Assembly (NCBI RefSeq): GCF_964204865.1
Contig: NC_135261.1
Location: 620,001 to 684,000 of the forward strand
Direction of reading: 5' to 3'
DNA from: Styela clava
Lineage: Eukaryota
Length of the DNA stretch: 64,000 nt
In this document: piece after piece, positions 1 through 10,087 of the stretch
Layout: every line of letters begins with the position of its first letter
Position numbering within the stretch: position 1 is the stretch's first letter
Notes under the pieces: generated by a model
The model's database searches: none
Told to the model about the DNA's origin: nothing
What the model saw: only the letters and a program-made list of their open reading frames with translations
Position numbers and translations under genes: made by a program

Positions 1-122
1 AGACATTCATTTTGACGTATCTTGAGATTTGCGATATCGACTATTTTTTACACCCTCGACCCACTGACCTGACAGAGGAAGACATTTTTCATATTTTAGC
101 TAGCATACAAAAAAAAAGTTAA

Positions 123-377
123 AAGCCTGACCCACTGCCCTGCACCCTCTCAACCTCCCTCCCGGTTTCCTATCCTCAAACCACCACCCTATCTCCCTCC
201 CGTTTCCCTATCCCCGACCGCATACCTATCTCCCTCAGTCCTCCTGTCTTCGACCCACTGTTCTAACTCCCTTGCCTTCCTATCCTAGACACTATAACCT
301 GTCTTCCTTCCCTCGACGCTAGCCACATCACGCTGACCTCCCCTGACCCTTACGCTATCGACTCAATTTTACGCACG
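123..377 (-). repeat. G-rich dispersed repeat, copy 1 (inverted relative to copies 2 and 3)
   Basis: Reverse complement (CGTGCGTAAAATTGAGTCGA...GGAAGACAGGTTATAGTGTC...CAGTGGGTCG...GGGTGCAGGGCAGTGGGTCAGGCTT) aligns with 5079-5276 and with 13899-14135 plus 24501-24601. Confidence 0.85.
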
Positions 378-596
378 TCCTGATCGTCATATTCAACCCT
401 CCTTGTTTCCGAATACCTGCCAGGCTTTATACAGATCAAGCATGCCAATGATATTATTGAAGAATACGTCGAAGACAGGTTGACAGTTAATGCAGGCTTA
501 TATGCCTGGAATCTCAAATCGTGATTGCCATAATTGGTAGCTCAGAAATGGGCAACTTTATCCAATCTCAACTTTGCGTAATCTCGAGTATTTCTT

Positions 597-636
597 ATCG
601 CTTCTCGGCCTTTTGGCTAAGATCAAGTGTAGTATC
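597..636 (+). ncRNA. U2: U2 snRNA 5' fragment (nt 1-40), truncated at the retrotransposon junction
   Basis: ATCGCTTCTCGGCCTTTTGGCTAAGATCAAGTGTAGTATC matches the conserved metazoan U2 5' end, including the branch-point-pairing GTAGTA. The rest of U2 (TGTTCTTATCAG...) was not seen in the window. Confidence 0.95.
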
Positions 637-755
637 AGTAGTAGGTCGTATGCTAGCTAGACCTGAGTATCGATCTTCGGCTCTTCGGCTAAGATCAAGC
701 CTTAGGAACAAGTTATAGTTGGAATTACAAGATAGTCTAAATACCTTTGGATATT

Positions 756-1973
756 ATGGCCTACGCAAAAGTCGCCGCTATACCCCCAGTAATGACCACA
801 CCAAGTAATAACAGACCGCGATCTCTGATGATCGAGACGGATGACAACATAAATTTTGAAGGACTGCTTGGAGTTTTAAAAACAACACCCGATGTCAACC
901 AGTACTACAATGAAATAAAAGGATTATTTGAAGTGAGAAGAGGTCTCTGGACAATATCCTTTAAACCTACATCAAACGAAACGTCTAGTTGCAGGGATGA
1001 GTTCCTAAGCGCAACCGGTGGCAAGTTGAATTCAATGTATGGGCCTATCCACTTCATGCTACCCGCAGGTACACCGACAAGAATTTCAATCAAAGGCATA
1101 CCCGATGAAACACCGTTTGCGAGGGCCGCGGCAATCATAAACAATCTAGAATGCGGCAAAATTAAAAACGCAATGAAAAACTGGCACAAAGGCACGGAAA
1201 TATATAACGGTTATACCGCTTTTTTCATCACAGACTTTAACAAGGATAAACTACCGGACTATATCATATTCGATGGAATAAGATGCAAAACGTATCTCCC
1301 GCAAGAGTTATACACTCCGACATGCGGCAGGTGTTTACAACAGGGCCATACATTCGTCGCATGTCAGAATACACCGGTATGTAGATACTGCAAAGAGGAA
1401 GGACACCTCGTAAAACAATGCAAAAAACGTATCGACCGACACAATCAGGAAGAACCAACCGCTTGGAACATATCTAAAAGAACCGCTAATACTAACAACA
1501 AAACAGGGATAAATACAAACCGTCACAACGTACCACAACTTAATGCAGGCATGTGCCTTTCGCCGCTATCCTCAACATTGCTAAGAGAAGAGGCAAACAC
1601 AAACAGCAAACCACAAACCGAAGAGGAGAGCACACAAGCAATAAGCGATAACGAAACCTCCTCAAACTGCGAAAACGATGACTTAAACGACGAAACAAAA
1701 GATTGGTCTCTGAGCAGAGACGACTCCCAGTTAGAGAAACCGTTGGACATACCGAGAACACCTAGAAGAAAGTTAAAACCAACTTCAACAATCGGACAGA
1801 CCCCCATAGTACATGAAATGACAAGACAATCGTACGTAAAAGGAATGGTTAGAGGATACGAATCCATCGACTCTTCCTCGTTTTCTGATACGTGGATTAA
1901 TAACTCGGCCCCCGCTCATTTGGGAAACAGTGACTACAATCCAATTGGACAAGCCAGTAGCCAAGAGGATTGA
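756..1973 (+). CDS. Tx1-type ORF1p (nucleic-acid binding, two CCHC zinc knuckles)
   Basis: MAYAKVAA start; CGRCLQQGHTFVAC and CRYCKEEGHLVKQC knuckles; low-complexity C-terminus; homologous to ORF1 of elements 2 and 3. Confidence 0.9.
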   Translation: MAYAKVAAIPPVMTTPSNNRPRSLMIETDDNINFEGLLGVLKTTPDVNQYYNEIKGLFEVRRGLWTISFKPTSNETSSCRDEFLSATGGKLNSMYGPIHFMLPAGTPTRISIKGIPDETPFARAAAIINNLECGKIKNAMKNWHKGTEIYNGYTAFFITDFNKDKLPDYIIFDGIRCKTYLPQELYTPTCGRCLQQGHTFVACQNTPVCRYCKEEGHLVKQCKKRIDRHNQEEPTAWNISKRTANTNNKTGINTNRHNVPQLNAGMCLSPLSSTLLREEANTNSKPQTEEESTQAISDNETSSNCENDDLNDETKDWSLSRDDSQLEKPLDIPRTPRRKLKPTSTIGQTPIVHEMTRQSYVKGMVRGYESIDSSSFSDTWINNSAPAHLGNSDYNPIGQASSQED

Positions 1974-4830
1974 TAGAATTTATAACTCCCGCGAAATCGA
2001 CCCCTTAATTACATACGTAGGACATGCCGTGAACACCGTAGCCGATCACGCTCTATGCCCATATATTAAACTCAGAGTTTTGAAAAATATAAGATGGGGT
2101 CGGGGGATGTGGCGGAACAGTATCTCTCTATACAAAGAAAAAGATTACTTGGAAATTATAAAAAATACATATAATAGGGCCTTGATAAACATTGAAAGTT
2201 TCGAATCTTTACTAGATTGGTGGGACAACTTTAAACTAAACACCAAAAAACAAACTATAGCATACTCAATAAAAAAAGCAAAAGAAGACAATATAACTGA
2301 ACAATTAATAAGACAAAACATTGCGAATACAGTGGCCAACAAGAATAGTACAGACGTAAGAAAACTGGAAAGACTTAGGGTACAGTTAAAAAACTTGATT
2401 GACAACAAAGCCAATTATAAAACAATCCTGGCGGGCATAGAAGATCAAGAAGAAGGAGAAGAACCAACGAAGTACTTCTATGATGGGATCAAAACACGCG
2501 CAAAACAAACATCGATGGATTCTATCCAAAATTTAAACGGGAAGACAGTTACAAGTGAAAACGAAGTAACTAAGGCGGTAGAGGATTTCTATAACGAGCT
2601 ATGGGGCATGAAGTGTAAAATAGACGAATCTCACCAGCACCACTATATCAATCAAATGAGCGCCACACAACTCAGCCAAGATCAAAACGAAGAGATAGAA
2701 AAACCCACAAACGAGGACGAGATATTTTCTATTATAAAAGATATGAAAAATAATAAATCCCCCGGCCTTGATGGGCTAAACAAAGAATCCTATACAACAT
2801 TTTGGCACATGATAAAAGGAAAATTGACGAATATGATTAATATTATCCTGAGCTTCGGCGCTCTACCGCAAAGCTCACACTATGCCAGAGTGAAATTGAT
2901 ATTTAAAAAGGGAAACAAAAATCTACTAAAAAATTGGCGACCGATCTCGAATCTCAACTTTGACTACAAACTGGTTGCAAGGCTTTTAACCAAAAGACTA
3001 GAATCTCCACTCAACACATTGGTAAGCCAACAGCAAAAGAGTACCTTACCTGGACGAAGTATATTTGATGCCCATTACAACCTAGAAGCGGTTGTCCGCT
3101 ACTGTCAAACCAAGCAAATTCCAGGATATTTAGTAATGATCGACAACTTGAAAGCGTTCGACAGAATAGACCATAACTTCCTATTTAAAGTATTACACGA
3201 AATCGGCCTCAGCCCCAAAATAACCAATATCGTCAAAAACATGTACGAAGAAATTTACAAGTACATAGATATTAACGGTAAAATGAGCTCCCCAATCAAA
3301 ATCAATAGGGGAATTCGACAAGGATGCCCATTGAGCATGTTGTTATACATTCTAAACGCAGAACCACCAATTAGATCAGTACAACGAAATTCCGACATAC
3401 ATGGCATCAAACTTGGAAAATTCACACATAAACTGGACCAATTTGCCGATGACGCCACCTACGCAGTGAGAGATATAACTTCCATTCAACAAATCTTCTT
3501 TGAATTACAAAAATACGAAAAAGCAGCAGGACAAAAAATTAATATAGATAAAACCCAGATATTGAGTCTCACAACTGACGCAGCACAACGTCTCCGGAAA
3601 TCCAACTATAATACCCACCGTAAAGATACATCAAAAATCTTGGGGATATATTATGGATTAGGGCGGGAAACAATAACATGGGACGAAACACTTGTCAAAA
3701 TAACCAGAAAATTAAACTTTTTAAAAACACGAAAACTCACCTGGATTGGAAAACTAACAGTAATAAATTCCCTGATCATGTCACTAATAATATATCACGC
3801 GAGATTTGTAGAAATACCGCCAGTATATCTCAACAAGGTACAACACCTAGTTGCTAAATACCTATGGTTCCCCGAGGGAATGGAGGCGATAAAGAGAACC
3901 ACGCTACAACGCCCATGGTTAGAAGGCGGCATAAATATGCCCAATATCAAAATTAAAATTTCAGCATGTATAGCAGAGCGAATAAAAATACTAAGCAATA
4001 TCGATACACCTTACCTTTTTTGGCATCAGGAAGCAGTCTATGCTTTAGGATCCAAAATCATAAAAAACAACCCAAGCTTATATACAAATTCTACCCCACA
4101 TCTCCCCTTCGTCCCCAAAATCTGGCAAAAATATTTGGATACAACAAAGGGAATACATCTTACCAAACAACAGTGGGCTGGCATGAAGCACAAAGACATA
4201 TACAGAAATCTCCTGTACAACCTAAAAACTGAGTCTCCATACCCAACGGGAATAGATTGGACTTGCGTTCACGTAAAGCAAAGAACTCTGAAACATAAAA
4301 CAACAAACAAAGAGAAGATATGTTCGTACAGAATAGTGGCTGATGGGTACATCTTTGGGAATAAAGCGCGGAAAAGATCTATGTTTAGCGATGCGCACGG
4401 CCAAAGAAAACTGCTAAAATGCAAATTCTGTGGAAGCCGTGAAGACAATACCCTACACATTTTCTTACACTGCTCTTACATTTCACGACACCTTTCCAAA
4501 ACCACGGGCATATTGAACAGGACCCTTAAAATACCAGTACAAATATCTAAAGAAAATATCTTCTACAACTCTTACACCATGCCCAACCAGACAGTTCAGA
4601 CCATAAAACTATTTTTAATATTCAAATTAGCAATAATCAACTTCAAAATCAAGTTAGATATAGAAAATAGAACAGTCGATCCGAGCGAGGACAAAATTAT
4701 CCCCAAAACAACTCGAAAATGGTCCGATTTTATCAACCAACTTGACAAAAAATTTCCCAAGGTATACACATCCAATTTGAAACCTAATTGGAAAGAAATA
4801 CTTGCTGGGTACGAACAACAAAATAACTAG
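1930..4830 (+). CDS. Tx1/L1 ORF2p lacking most of the APE endonuclease (RT plus C-terminal zinc finger open)
   Basis: Only the APE C-terminal RIDRIY...ADH remains. RT motifs KSPGLDG, NWRPIS, KAFDRIDH, GIRQGCPLS, FADD; C-terminal CKFC...HIFLHC. Confidence 0.9.
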   Translation: MTTIQLDKPVAKRIDRIYNSREIDPLITYVGHAVNTVADHALCPYIKLRVLKNIRWGRGMWRNSISLYKEKDYLEIIKNTYNRALINIESFESLLDWWDNFKLNTKKQTIAYSIKKAKEDNITEQLIRQNIANTVANKNSTDVRKLERLRVQLKNLIDNKANYKTILAGIEDQEEGEEPTKYFYDGIKTRAKQTSMDSIQNLNGKTVTSENEVTKAVEDFYNELWGMKCKIDESHQHHYINQMSATQLSQDQNEEIEKPTNEDEIFSIIKDMKNNKSPGLDGLNKESYTTFWHMIKGKLTNMINIILSFGALPQSSHYARVKLIFKKGNKNLLKNWRPISNLNFDYKLVARLLTKRLESPLNTLVSQQQKSTLPGRSIFDAHYNLEAVVRYCQTKQIPGYLVMIDNLKAFDRIDHNFLFKVLHEIGLSPKITNIVKNMYEEIYKYIDINGKMSSPIKINRGIRQGCPLSMLLYILNAEPPIRSVQRNSDIHGIKLGKFTHKLDQFADDATYAVRDITSIQQIFFELQKYEKAAGQKINIDKTQILSLTTDAAQRLRKSNYNTHRKDTSKILGIYYGLGRETITWDETLVKITRKLNFLKTRKLTWIGKLTVINSLIMSLIIYHARFVEIPPVYLNKVQHLVAKYLWFPEGMEAIKRTTLQRPWLEGGINMPNIKIKISACIAERIKILSNIDTPYLFWHQEAVYALGSKIIKNNPSLYTNSTPHLPFVPKIWQKYLDTTKGIHLTKQQWAGMKHKDIYRNLLYNLKTESPYPTGIDWTCVHVKQRTLKHKTTNKEKICSYRIVADGYIFGNKARKRSMFSDAHGQRKLLKCKFCGSREDNTLHIFLHCSYISRHLSKTTGILNRTLKIPVQISKENIFYNSYTMPNQTVQTIKLFLIFKLAIINFKIKLDIENRTVDPSEDKIIPKTTRKWSDFINQLDKKFPKVYTSNLKPNWKEILAGYEQQNN

Positions 4831-4926
4831 AAAACCAGATCCTAACAACAATAAATGTAATGAACCTTTTATCTATGCCACCCACAAATGGTAGCATACT
4901 CCTGAGAATACCATCAAACAACCCAA

Positions 4927-5064
4927 CGGAAGTGATGAGTGGATGTCATCTGACCGCCGCATATGCGGCAATGTGATTGCGAGGATTAATACCGATACGA
5001 CTCGGGTATGACGTGTTATTATATGTAACACTGATCCGAGGCAGACCATACATACTCTGATCCG
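4927..5064 (+). ncRNA. Box C/D snoRNA-like structure in the 3' UTR of element 1
   Basis: Terminal stem CGGA(4927)/TCCG(5064); box C GTGATGA 4932-4938; box D CTGA 5057-5060; D' CTGA 4950-4953; hairpin GCCGC-ATAT-GCGGC; C'-like GTGATT; internal K-turn hairpin 5001-5040. Confidence 0.55.
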
Positions 5065-5078
5065 AAAAAAAAAAAAAA

Positions 5079-5276
5079 GTGCGTAAGATTTAAGTGAGTC
5101 GAGTGCGGAAAAGTCAGGGAAGGTCAGCAATATGAGGCTAGCGTCGAGAAAAGGGAGACGGCCCATAGTGCCGAGGATAGGGAGTTAAGGCAGTGGGTCG
5201 AGGATATGGGGAGCTGAGAGAGATAGGGTGTGGGGTCGAGAATAGGGAACCGGAAGGAAGATAGGGTAGTGGTTCG
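5079..5276 (+). repeat. G-rich dispersed repeat, copy 2 (directly after the element 1 poly-A)
   Basis: Roughly 75-80% identical by eye to 13899-14135; internal GTGGGTCGAGGATA(G/T)GG subrepeats. Confidence 0.85.
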
Positions 5277-5515
5277 CTGTTTAATTAAGGTAAGCTGTCT
5301 CGCGCTCTTACCTGAACAGCAGACAGCTTAAGTCGTTTTGGGCGTCGAAACCCCGCTCCAATCCGTCTAGTTTGGGGGAGGCCCTCCCGCTTTATCGCTC
5401 TGGGACTCTCTATAAAAGTTTATAAGGCAGAAAAGATTGTATAAAAAGAGGCAGTAGACCAGGTCAGGAAGATTTTCTTACTCGGATTAACTTGAATATA
5501 CGGATACCATAAAGG

Positions 5516-6768
5516 ATGGATTACGCCACTGCAGCCGCGGCGAATGGAGCAACTGATACTACTACGACAACGAGAACAACCAGACCCCAAACTCTTTTTT
5601 TAAAACAGAACAAAATTTAAATTTCCCAACACTCATGAACATTTTCAGGAATGATGATTCAATAATGAAATACCGTAAACAAATTAAAGGGCTATTTGAA
5701 AGCCCAAAAGGATCCTGGATACTGACATTTGCGGCCTTGGACAACCCAAACGAAAGCTGTCGTGAGAACTTCTCACGAGCAACGAATGGACAAATTCAAA
5801 CGGCGAACATATCAATATCGGTGTCATTACCAAGTGAACCCCCTACTCGTATTTCAGTGAGAGGGATACCTGGTGAAACAACCTATGCAATAGCAGCCGC
5901 GGCCATAAACCGGCTAGGTTGCGGGAAAGTAATAAATGCGACAAGGAATTGGTACCGTGGGACAGATGTGTACAATGGTTACACATCATTCCTGATCGAT
6001 GGATTTAAAAAACAACATCTGCCTGATTTCGTCACAACTGACGGAGTCAGCTGTAAAACGTTCCTCCCTCGGGAACTATACGTGCCAACATGTGGTAGAT
6101 GCCTCCAAACGTGCCTGCATATTTTCACCAATTGCGAAAACCAGGCAGTATGCAGATACTGCAAGAAGCCAGGGCACTTGCAAAAAGATTGCCAGGAGAG
6201 GGCTAAGGAGTTCCCCAAAATAACAAATCTTGGAAACACTTGGTCTATCCCTAGATCAAGAAGGGTGCGACAGGAAAACGCTGCCCAAACACCTAGGAAA
6301 ACACACAATTTGGAAAACAAAACACAAGGCAACGCAGAAAAGGTAATTAATCACGATAAAGAGCAATCAACGGAAAAACAAACATCCGAAAAACCGATAA
6401 TTGAACTAACACAGAACGACACGGTAAACGAATTTTCTTCGTCTGCTTCTGATCTACACAATACTTAAGTGTTAAGCGACTGGTCCGAGTGTGAGGACTG
6501 CATAAGTCCACTGAAAAGCCCCCAGAAAGACCTGCAACTTATAGGACGACCAAAAGATGACGTGCAGCCTGAAACACCAACAAATGACGCGCAACAGGAG
6601 AAACAGAAAAAAACAGTGGGTCGAAGATCTACTTCAACAATAGGAAACACGCCGTACCACCCGAAATCAAAAGGACATGCCTATGTCAAAGTCATGTTGC
6701 ACAATATTGAATATCCGGTCTCATCAAATTCTTCGGTATTTTCAGAAACTCAAAGAGAAATAACTTGA
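5516..6768 (+). pseudogene. Element 2 ORF1 pseudogene
   Basis: MDYATAAA start; frameshift in the T-run near 5595; CCHC knuckles CGRCLQTCLHIFTNC and CRYCKKPGHLQKDC; internal stop at 6468. Confidence 0.85.
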
Positions 6769-9700
6769 AAACCCTGATGTACTGTGTATCCAGGAAGCTC
6801 ATAGAGCTGATAAGACTTTTGTATGGCAGTGGGCACTAACCTGGGATACCATATCCATTGTAATACCCTGAATAGAGAAGACTAGCTCCTCACAGTATAG
6901 GCAAGGGACCGCAATCCTCATACAACACGAGATTGCAACACCGCCATCCCCATATACAATACACATCCAGCATAGATGTGATAGTATTGAGGTGGAACTG
7001 GACAATCGGATCATCAAGACTTTTTCAAACATTTAACTAATATTTTAACCAACTACTGTGATTCGGCCCAAATACTAATTGTCGGAGATTTTAACATGGT
7101 ATTAGAAATCAATGACGTGATAAACTACAATAACTTCAAGTTGCGACCCCCTGAAAAAATATTTAAAAACTTCATACAACGTAATAACTTATTCGATACC
7201 TTCCGAAAAAAGTACCCAGACAAGAAAATTACCTTACCTAATTACCAAGGAATTTTACTTACCATCGTAATATACAAGGTCGTAGATTAGACAGGATATA
7301 CAATTCATCAAACTTAGAAGATTTAATTTCCGACATAACCCACGTCCCGAATACCATCTCAGATCACCTACTATGCCCCAAAATAACCCTAGAAACAATT
7401 AAAAAAAGTTCGATGGGGTAGAGGGATATGGAAAAATACACCTCCCTATACAAAGATCAAAAATATATAACCATAATTAAGAACATCAACCAGGATGCAC
7501 TCACCGACATAGAGAAATTTGACCATCTACAAGAATGGTGGGACATGGTAAAAAACAGAATCAAGAAACAATAGCCTATTCGAAAACCCTAAAAAGAAAC
7601 GAAAAGAACAATTCGATTCGACTAAGAAAACGTTTGGACAAATTAATTAATGAAGGCAAAAAAGAAAATCTGGTGGAAATCAAACGGCTCAAATCTCAAC
7701 TGATGATATATCAGGAAGAACAAAACGAACGGGATAATATAATGGCTAACATGGAAAACCTTGAACAAGGTGAAAAACCAACTAAAACGCTTTACGACAA
7801 AATTCGACAAAGAGCAAAACAAATCACCATCGAAAAACTCAAGGACGATCACGATTGCATGGTAACCGAGGAAGGGGAAATTATGGCCTTAGTGGAAAAG
7901 TTTTATGCGGATTTATGGGGGGAACAAGAACAAAACCAAAATTACTACCTATCTTTGATGGACTCTACAATTATTACGGAGGATGAAAATCTCATTCTAG
8001 AACAAAATGTCACACAGGGGGAAATATATAATTATAGGTCAATAAAATACATGAAAAATAATAAATCTCCTGGCATGGATGGATTAGGTATACAATTTTA
8101 TTTGACTTTATGGAACTGCATAAAAAAGAAATTTACTCATATGATCAACAACATATTTAATTTCAGCCATTTTGCCAAATCTGCAATCACAGCAAAGGTT
8201 AAGTTATTATATAAGAAGGGAGACAAAACGTATCTCAAAAATTGGAGGCCCATCACTACATCGAACGTAGATTACAAAATTGTATCCAAAATTCTCATTA
8301 AAAGACTGGAACCGGTGTTAAATAATATAATTAGTCCGTCCCAAAAGTGCTCTCTCCCCCAGCGAAGCATGGAGGATATACACTATAACATAGATTCTGT
8401 CATACCGTACGCTAAAACAAAAACATCTCAGGGGCAATAGTGCTTATCGACAACCTGAAGGCATTTGATAGGGTCAATCACAACTTCTTGTTCAAATAGC
8501 TTCAACGGATAGAACTTGGACAAAGATTTTGTAATGTAATAAGAGGTATGTATGACGGAATTAAAAGCGTCATAGACGTAAATGGGAGACTGACAAAAGA
8601 AGTAGGCATAGAGCAAGGCATTCGCCAAGGATGCCCTTTGAGCATGTTGCTCTATGCACTAACTTCGGAACCGATGGCAAGATCGGTACATCGAAACGGC
8701 CACATAAGAGGGATAAGACTAGGTAAATATGAACACAAAATTGATCAGTATGCCGATGACATCACTTTTACAATCAGAGACCAGTCATCGATACCGGAAA
8801 TATTTCGAGAACTAAACAATTTTAAATTGGCAGCTGGGCAGAAAATCAATATTGATAAAACTGAGATACTTTGTATAACGAAAACCGCGCATGATTCCAT
8901 ACATAATTCGACATACCGAAATAACATTAAAAACAACACCTGGATACTCGGCATAAATTTTGGAGATAGAGACAAGAAAGAATTTGGCAAGACATCGAAA
9001 ACAGGCTAATAAGGAACTTGAATCACATAAAATTACGGAACCTCACCTTGTTTGGAAAACTAATCGTAAACAATGCATTAGTTATGTCGATTATAATTTT
9101 CCATGCCCGAATCAAATTTATTCCTAATAGAATAATAACTAGGATCCAGAGCGCATGTTATAAATTTTTATGGCTTCCACAACGAATAGAAGCGGTGGGT
9201 AGAAAGACCCTACAGAACAGTTGAGGAAACGGGGCGGGGCAAAAATTAAGGATGCGGGACCTCATAAGCATAAAAACGTCAACACAGTTTTGGCACTTTG
9301 AGGCCCTGTACGCACTGGGTTCCAAAATAAATGTGGTAACAAGCAGCTATACAGCAATTCGATGCCGCACAGTAATGAACTTCTAAAGAAATGGCAGACA
9401 ATATTCGACATTTTCAAAAGAATAAACTACACGCAATCATAATGGGAAAGTGCTCGCCACAGGGATCTGTACGCGAGATTAAAATATAAGCACCCAAATC
9501 AATAAACAACTAGATCTCAATTGGAAAGAAATACATCTACTTACAAATGCATATCGAACCAAATTCACGAATACAGAAAGAGTTTTCTCATACCGGATTG
9601 CAATAAATGGATACATTTTGGAGATAAATTGCGGAATATGGGGCTTCGCTATAAAACATCGGGTGCCCTAAAAATAATGAAATGCAAATTCTGCCAAAAA

Positions 9701-10087
9701 AACACGGATAATACGAAACATATCTTTCTCTCATGCGACAAAGTAGCTAATTATATTTCGGAAATCACTGCAGCATTGAACCAAATTTCCAGTAACAATG
9801 TTATAATAACTCGAGAAGAAATAATGTACAATGGATACTAAGGACTTCAGCAACTACTTGTAACTAAATGTTTCGTATTATTGAAGAAAATCATAATAAA
9901 AGAAAAAATAAAGTTGGATAACCAAGATAAATACATCGACCCCCAGAAAGACACAATCTTGGCCACGACAATACAACAACTCACGGAATTCATCACACTT
10001 CTGGAACACAAATTTGGCGATATTCACTTCCTGGGTTTAACACAAGATTGGAAACGAATTTTAAACGGGTATACATCAAACTGGTAG
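6767..10087 (+). pseudogene. Element 2 ORF2 pseudogene (APE-RT-Zn)
   Basis: Collinear fragments in several frames (7096-7290, 7535-8440, 8548-9009, 9018-9224, 9521-9841, 9881-10087) homologous to element 1 ORF2. Confidence 0.9.

Larger units (their letters stand above)
637..5078 (+). mobile_element. Tx1/L1-clade non-LTR retrotransposon 1 (Keno-like U2 5' junction; endonuclease-deleted)
   Basis: Short 5' UTR, zinc-knuckle ORF1, ORF2 with RT and C-terminal Cys/His motif, 3' UTR, A14 tail at 5065-5078. Confidence 0.92.

Noticed and set aside
3-121. Open frame TFILTYLEICDIDYFLHPRP...KKS* at the window edge
   Set aside because: Only 39 codons with no recognisable motif; needs upstream sequence.
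521-718. 65-aa ORF across the U2 fragment
   Set aside because: Spurious; it overlaps the snRNA sequence and the element UTR.
5001-5040. Functional SECIS element
   Set aside because: Helix 2 is only ~6-8 bp with no apical AA, and ORF2 ends in TAG. Kept as a K-turn candidate instead.
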